Positions 11,028 through 15,146 of a stretch of DNA of 15,146 nt are shown one piece after another (position 1 is the first letter of the stretch; the number at the start of each line of letters is the position of its first letter). The DNA is from Candidatus Electronema aureum (lineage in GTDB: Bacteria > Desulfobacterota > Desulfobulbia > Desulfobulbales > Desulfobulbaceae): assembly GCA_004284765.1 (NCBI GenBank), contig NQJD01000047.1, positions 1 to 15,146 on the forward strand. The letters are read 5' to 3'. The position numbers and the translations under genes were made by a program. The notes under the pieces were generated by a model. That model did not search any database, was not told the DNA's origin, and was given only the letters and a program-made list of their open reading frames with translations.

Positions 11028-13472
11028 ATGGGACAGGCGCATGATGAGAAATTGATCCTTTGGTTTGATGAAATCGGCATTGAGGATGTGCCGCTGGTCG
11101 GCGGCAAGAATGCCTCGCTTGGCGAGATGTATCAGCATCTTACTGGCAAGGGTGTTGCTGTCCCGCATGGTTTCGCCATCACCGCTTACGCTTACCGCTA
11201 CCTGCTGAAAGAGGCGGGCATTGAGGCGGAAATCCGCCAGGTGCTCTCCGACCTGAACACCGAGGACATGGCCAACCTCGCCGAGCGCGGAGCCAAGTGC
11301 CGCGACATCATCCGCAACGCTCCCTTCCCGCCCCTGCTGCGCGACGAGATCATCGCCGCCTACAAGAAGATGGAGGCCGAGTACGGCCCGAACGTGGATG
11401 TGGCCGTGCGCTCCTCTGCCACTGCCGAAGACCTGCCTGATGCCTCCTTTGCTGGCCAGCAAGAGACCTATCTGAACATCCACGGTTACGACAACATCAT
11501 CCAGAACTGCCGCAAGTGCTTTGCCTCGCTCTTCACCAACCGGGCGATCTCCTACCGCCAGCATCAGGGCTTTGGTCAGTTTGATGTCTATCTCTCGATC
11601 ACCGTGCAGAAGATGGTGCGCTCTGACTCCTCGTGCTCCGGTGTCCTCTTCTCCATCGACACCGAGTCTGGCTTCAAGGATGCGGTCTTCATCACCGGTG
11701 CCTGGGGCTTGGGTGAGAACGTGGTGCAGGGCGCGGTCAACCCGGACGAGTATTATGTCTTCAAGCCGACCCTGAAGCAAGGCAAGCGGCCTATTGTTGG
11801 CAAGAAGGTCGGGTCGAAAGAGATCAAGATGATCTACGACAACGACCCTTCTACCCCAGAGCCAGTGCGGAACATCCCGACCACACCAGCCGAGCGCAAT
11901 GCGTATGTCATTAACGACGATGAAATCCTTCAGCTCGCTAGCTGGGCCTGCATCATCGAGGATCATTACAAGAAGGGTATGGACATTGAATGGGCCAAGG
12001 ACGGCGACGGCGTGAATGTCGGCACCGGCAAGCTCTTCATCGTCCAAGCCCGGCCTGAGACCGTGCATTCGCAGGCCAATAAAGGCTTGATGGAGACCTA
12101 CAAACTGCTGGAGAAAGGCAATGTCATCGCCAAGGGTCTGGCGGTCGGCAGCAAGATCGGTCAAGGCATTGCCCACTGCATCGCGGATGCCAAAGACATC
12201 GGCACCTTCCGCAAGGGCGAGGTGCTGGTGACGGACATGACCGATCCCGACTGGGAGCCGATCATGAAGATTGCTTCGGCGATCATCACCAACCGGGGCG
12301 GTCGCACCTGCCATGCCGCGATCATCTCCCGCGAGCTGGGCATTCCCTGCGTTATTGGCACCGGCAACGGCTCTGAGCAGATCAAGACTGGTCAGGCTAT
12401 TACTGCCTCCTGCGCTGAGGGCGAGACCGGCAATGTCTATGAGGGCTTGCTCAAGTTTGAAGTGCAGAAGACCGACCTTGGTAGCCTGCCCGCGACCAAG
12501 ACCAAGATCATGATGAACCTGGCTATCCCGGAGAAGGCCTTCACCGAGTGCCAGATTCCGAATGACGGCGTTGGCTTGGCCCGTGAGGAGTTCATTATCA
12601 ACTCCCACATCGGCCTGCACCCGCTCGCGCTGTATAACTACGAGGAGCTGAAGAAGTCGAGCGATCCGGAGAAGCAGGAGATTGTCCGCCAGATTGATGC
12701 CAAGACCGGTGCGTATACCGACAAGCGGCAGTTCTTCATTGATAAGGTGGCTGAGGGCGTGGGCCGCATCGCTGCGGGCTTCTATCCCAAAGACGTGATT
12801 GTTCGCCTCTCTGACTTCAAGAGCAACGAGTACGCTAACTTGGTCGGCGGTCATCTCTATGAGCCGAACGAAGAGAACCCGATGATCGGCTGGCGCGGTG
12901 CCTCACGCTACTATGACCCGAAGTACCGTCCTGCCTTCGAGCTGGAATGCCAAGGTCTGCTCAAGGCCCGCAATGACATGGGCCTGACCAACATCAAGCT
13001 GATGGTGCCCTTCTGCCGCACACCGGAAGAGGGCAAGAAGGTCATTCAGGTGATGCGCGAATGCGGCTTAGTGCAAGGCGAGAACGGCCTAGAGCTGTAC
13101 GTGATGTGCGAGATTCCGAGCAATGTCATCTGCGCTGATGCGTTCGCCGACATCTTTGACGGCTTCTCCATCGGCTCGAATGACCTGACCCAGCTGACGT
13201 ATGGTCTTGACCGCGATTCCGGCATCCTGACCGGCATTGCTGACGAGCGTCATGAGGCGGTGAAGGAGATGATCCGCATGGTGATCAAGACTGCCAAACG
13301 GCGCGGGCGCAAGATCGGCATCTGCGGCCAAGGGCCGTCCGATTTCCCGGACTTCGCCACCTTCTTGGTCGAGCTGGGCATTGACTCCATGTCGCTGATC
13401 CCGGACACTGCTATCAAGACCCGGATGGCTGTGCATGAGAAGGAGAAGGAGCTGGGGATTGCGCCGAAGTAA
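11028..13472 (+). CDS. ppsA: Phosphoenolpyruvate synthase (pyruvate, water dikinase)
   Basis: 814 aa. The N-terminal ATP-grasp segment is VPLVGGKNASLGEM. The phospho-histidine swivel motif GGRTCHAAIISRELGIPCV is present. The C-terminal PEP-utilising TIM barrel carries GFSIGSNDLTQL and GICGQ. GGGAGA lies 8 nt upstream of the ATG. Confidence 0.95.
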   Translation: MGQAHDEKLILWFDEIGIEDVPLVGGKNASLGEMYQHLTGKGVAVPHGFAITAYAYRYLLKEAGIEAEIRQVLSDLNTEDMANLAERGAKCRDIIRNAPFPPLLRDEIIAAYKKMEAEYGPNVDVAVRSSATAEDLPDASFAGQQETYLNIHGYDNIIQNCRKCFASLFTNRAISYRQHQGFGQFDVYLSITVQKMVRSDSSCSGVLFSIDTESGFKDAVFITGAWGLGENVVQGAVNPDEYYVFKPTLKQGKRPIVGKKVGSKEIKMIYDNDPSTPEPVRNIPTTPAERNAYVINDDEILQLASWACIIEDHYKKGMDIEWAKDGDGVNVGTGKLFIVQARPETVHSQANKGLMETYKLLEKGNVIAKGLAVGSKIGQGIAHCIADAKDIGTFRKGEVLVTDMTDPDWEPIMKIASAIITNRGGRTCHAAIISRELGIPCVIGTGNGSEQIKTGQAITASCAEGETGNVYEGLLKFEVQKTDLGSLPATKTKIMMNLAIPEKAFTECQIPNDGVGLAREEFIINSHIGLHPLALYNYEELKKSSDPEKQEIVRQIDAKTGAYTDKRQFFIDKVAEGVGRIAAGFYPKDVIVRLSDFKSNEYANLVGGHLYEPNEENPMIGWRGASRYYDPKYRPAFELECQGLLKARNDMGLTNIKLMVPFCRTPEEGKKVIQVMRECGLVQGENGLELYVMCEIPSNVICADAFADIFDGFSIGSNDLTQLTYGLDRDSGILTGIADERHEAVKEMIRMVIKTAKRRGRKIGICGQGPSDFPDFATFLVELGIDSMSLIPDTAIKTRMAVHEKEKELGIAPK

Positions 13473-13497
13473 GGGGAGGCGAGGATAATAAACCATG

Positions 13498-13533
13498 ATT
13501 TTCTTTCCATTCAATTAGGAACGGGAAGAAAAT
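13498..13533 (+). terminator. AT-rich hairpin downstream of ppsA (weak intrinsic terminator candidate)
   Basis: ATTTTCTTTCC-(14 nt)-GGGAAGAAAAT forms 11 bp including one G-U pair. It is followed by CTATTTGTT and lies 26 nt after the ppsA stop. Confidence 0.35.
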
Positions 13534-13546
13534 CTATTTGTTAAAA

Positions 13547-13591
13547 GCTATTGAGATTTCTCTTGAATTACTGAACAGAAATCTCAATAGC
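13547..13591. promoter_or_regulatory. Perfect 15-bp inverted repeat GCTATTGAGATTTCT-N15-AGAAATCTCAATAGC upstream of the secreted-protein gene
   Basis: Read directly from the sequence. It ends 21 nt before ATG 13613 and does not cover the AGGTGA SD (13603-13608). No U-tract follows. Confidence 0.4.
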
Positions 13592-13612
13592 AGAATCTCA
13601 CAGGTGACACTC

Positions 13613-14170
13613 ATGAAGGGTAAATTACTTTGTTCCGTAGCAGCAGCGTTGCTTTCCTTTTCATCTGCATCTTATGCAGCGGGCATATTCTCAACATCCA
13701 ACCTTAAGGTTGGATCAACAAATTTATCGATTAGCAATAACGGAAAAGTTCTCACCAAGACAGATGCGAGTACAGGAAAGTGGCTTGGTCAACAGAATTT
13801 TGCATCATTCTACGGAATGATGTTTGTTCCTGAACGCGATGTATTGCTTGTATCCGGTGTATTAGAAGGTGGGAGTTCTTCAGTTCTCGTCAAAATTAAA
13901 AAGACAGGAGGAACGGGGCAGAATATGTTTGCTTTAAAAGCAGATGGTGGCTCTGTTGAAAACTACAATTATCGGATAGGCTCACAAGCGATCGTCGCCA
14001 GAAGTATGAGTTACGAGAATGGCAAGCTGTTCATCAATAACGGCAAAGGGGTTATTTATAAGATAGCCGATGTGGGCGGGAGCGGTTACAATATGTTCGC
14101 TCTTGTCAATGAGACATCATGCGAATCTATGCCCAATTACAACTATTTTCTTGGTTGCAGTTACGAATAA
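13613..14170 (+). CDS. Secreted hypothetical protein (185 aa) with an internal repeat of about 33 aa
   Basis: The Sec signal peptide is MKGKLLCSVAAALLSFSSASYA|AG, with AGGTGA 5 nt upstream of ATG 13613. The ORF opens earlier at 13538, but that would bury the signal peptide. The gene is AT-rich. The repeats are VLVKIKKTGGTGQNMFALKADGGSVENYNYRIG and VIYKIADVGGSGYNMFALVNETSCESMPNYNYFLG. Confidence 0.75.
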   Translation: MKGKLLCSVAAALLSFSSASYAAGIFSTSNLKVGSTNLSISNNGKVLTKTDASTGKWLGQQNFASFYGMMFVPERDVLLVSGVLEGGSSSVLVKIKKTGGTGQNMFALKADGGSVENYNYRIGSQAIVARSMSYENGKLFINNGKGVIYKIADVGGSGYNMFALVNETSCESMPNYNYFLGCSYE

Positions 14171-14206
14171 ATTGCAGGCTGATTTGCAGTCTACAATCCA
14201 AAGAAA

Positions 14207-14247
14207 ATAAAAAAGGGTAGGCCACTGGTGTTGCCCTTTTTTATTTT
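14207..14247 (+). terminator. Rho-independent terminator (A-tract / GC-clamped stem / T-tract)
   Basis: The sequence is aaaaaaGGGTAGgccactggtgTTGCCCttttttatttt. GGG/CCC and neighbouring pairs are flanked by A6 upstream and T6-A-T4 downstream. It lies 37 nt after the stop at 14170. Confidence 0.7.
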
Positions 14248-14263
14248 GTAATGGAGATAGAGT

Positions 14264-14617
14264 ATGGAAGTAAACTTTGCAAAGTCAATAACTATCAACA
14301 GCAGCTATGCTGAATTGCTGCCTTCATTCAACGATGACCTCCAGTCAGCAGTTGATGCCGCACTGCAACGCTACCTGATTGATGAAATTGCCGCCAAGAT
14401 TGCTGGCTTGAAGAAGAAAGAAAAGTTGTTTAGTCTTAAATATAGCTGCGATTACAAAACATTTTCCCAGCGCACAGCCGAGGATGAAGAGTACATCAAT
14501 CAGATTGAGAGCAGTATCAGCAAACTCTGGGAGTCTGACTTAGCTAATTGGGAATTCTGCGAGAAAGGGATAAATGATTGGACGAAAAAATTGCAGAGTA
14601 TTTTGCTGCTGTCATAA
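14264..14617 (+). CDS. Hypothetical acidic cytoplasmic protein (117 aa), no family recognised
   Basis: GGAGA lies 6 nt upstream of the ATG. The gene has its own transcription unit, since a terminator lies upstream. There is no signal peptide or TM segment. The C-terminal half is rich in Trp and acidic residues (KLWESDLANWEFCEKGINDW). Confidence 0.65.
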   Translation: MEVNFAKSITINSSYAELLPSFNDDLQSAVDAALQRYLIDEIAAKIAGLKKKEKLFSLKYSCDYKTFSQRTAEDEEYINQIESSISKLWESDLANWEFCEKGINDWTKKLQSILLLS

Positions 14618-14884
14618 CAACAGCGGCAGGCATCTTTGAAAATTGTGCGCATGAGCAGGACTGCACGCCAGAACGGGCATATGCTTGAATATTCATTAAT
14701 TACTAAAACGATTGTTTTTTATTCATTGATCAATTACATTTCGACATTACTGAAATTTTCAGTTGCTTCATCGAGACTTCACCTCATGCGGCATAGATTG
14801 ACAGAACAGCGGACATTTTTAAATTTGTCTGTATAGTGTCAAAGTTGCATGTTTGTCAAAGAAAAACGGTAATAGCGATCTATG

Positions 14885-15146
14885 GGTGATCAATAAAATA
14901 CAATAATTGTAGTGATTAATAAATCTCTAAACAGATGCAGTTAAGTTTTCAATGCTTCTCGAAAACGACAATGTCTTCCTGACTAATGCCGACACTCTTT
15001 GCCTGAATGTTAAATTAACCCTTTCGATATGACTTGTTTTTCCGCTTCCTTTACTGACAACGCTGTGTCTTTCCGCAGGAAATACTTTTCCGTAAGAGGC
15101 CAAGCCGTCTGTGAAAAATATTCCGTTCTTTTTGCAGTCTTCAGAA
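14885..15146 (-). mobile_element. Right end of an IS1-family insertion sequence (partial; the inner boundary is uncertain)
   Basis: The transposase fragment above supports the call. GGTGATCAAT at 14885 resembles the GGTGAT start of canonical IS1 terminal repeats and lies about 42 nt beyond the transposase stop. The other IS end is outside the window, so no IR pair can be confirmed. Confidence 0.45.
14927..15145 (-). CDS. IS1-family transposase, C-terminal 72 codons (5' part lies beyond the window end)
   Basis: The minus-strand frame reads [72 protein letters not shown]. It aligns with the E. coli IS1 InsB C-terminus (MTDGWPLYE...[37 protein letters not shown]). The stop TAG is at 14927-14929. 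Confidence 0.8.
   Translation of the reverse strand, partial: SEDCKKNGIFFTDGLASYGKVFPAERHSVVSKGSGKTSHIERVNLTFRQRVSALVRKTLSFSRSIENLTASV

Noticed and set aside
10992-12854. 620-aa ORF on the minus strand
   Set aside because: It lies entirely antisense to ppsA, whose translation carries unmistakable PEP-synthase motifs. The antisense product is low-complexity (rich in Ala, Leu, Gly, Arg and Val), as expected for a shadow ORF in GC-rich coding DNA.
14636-14836. 66-aa TTG-initiated ORF downstream of the 117-aa gene, considered as a possible partner (toxin-like) gene
   Set aside because: It has a weak non-ATG start and only a poor GGCAGG upstream. The sequence is AT-rich low-complexity with no motif I recognise. 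I cannot support it as coding, although a degraded gene fragment is not excluded.

Overview
The backbone is moderately GC-rich and carries ordinary housekeeping and accessory genes. In order: an M50 site-2 protease (+), a Fur-family regulator (-), a ThiI-like PP-loop ATPase (-), a membrane-anchored cyclic-nucleotide-binding protein (+), a small 2-TM protein (-), an HI0933/BaiN-type flavoprotein (+), a DUF362 protein (+), a membrane-anchored coiled-coil FGE/SUMF1-domain protein (+), a nifU-nifS operon (-) and PEP synthase ppsA (+). Two stretches are visibly AT-rich and interrupt this backbone. The first (about 5030-6335) holds a TM-anchored NERD-domain protein and a divergent orphan membrane protein. 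The second (about 13480 to the window end) holds a secreted protein with an internal repeat, an acidic 117-aa orphan, and the 3' part of an IS1-family transposase that runs off the window. I do not see a clear multi-gene novel system. Four observations are not explained by plain annotation. (1) A diverged 20-codon copy of the nifS 3' end sits 1.3 kb from the intact nifS stop, so the two copies bracket the FGE gene. (2) A phased array of 23-bp dyad-symmetric repeats lies in the nifU/ppsA divergent intergenic region. (3) The NERD cassette is wedged in so tightly that the DUF362 gene is left with only a TTG start inside the AT-rich DNA. (4) The Fur-family gene has a long structured leader with paired CGTTA/TAACG inverted repeats at its promoter. 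All family calls rest on motifs read by eye from the translations. No searches were run. GC statements are visual, not computed.
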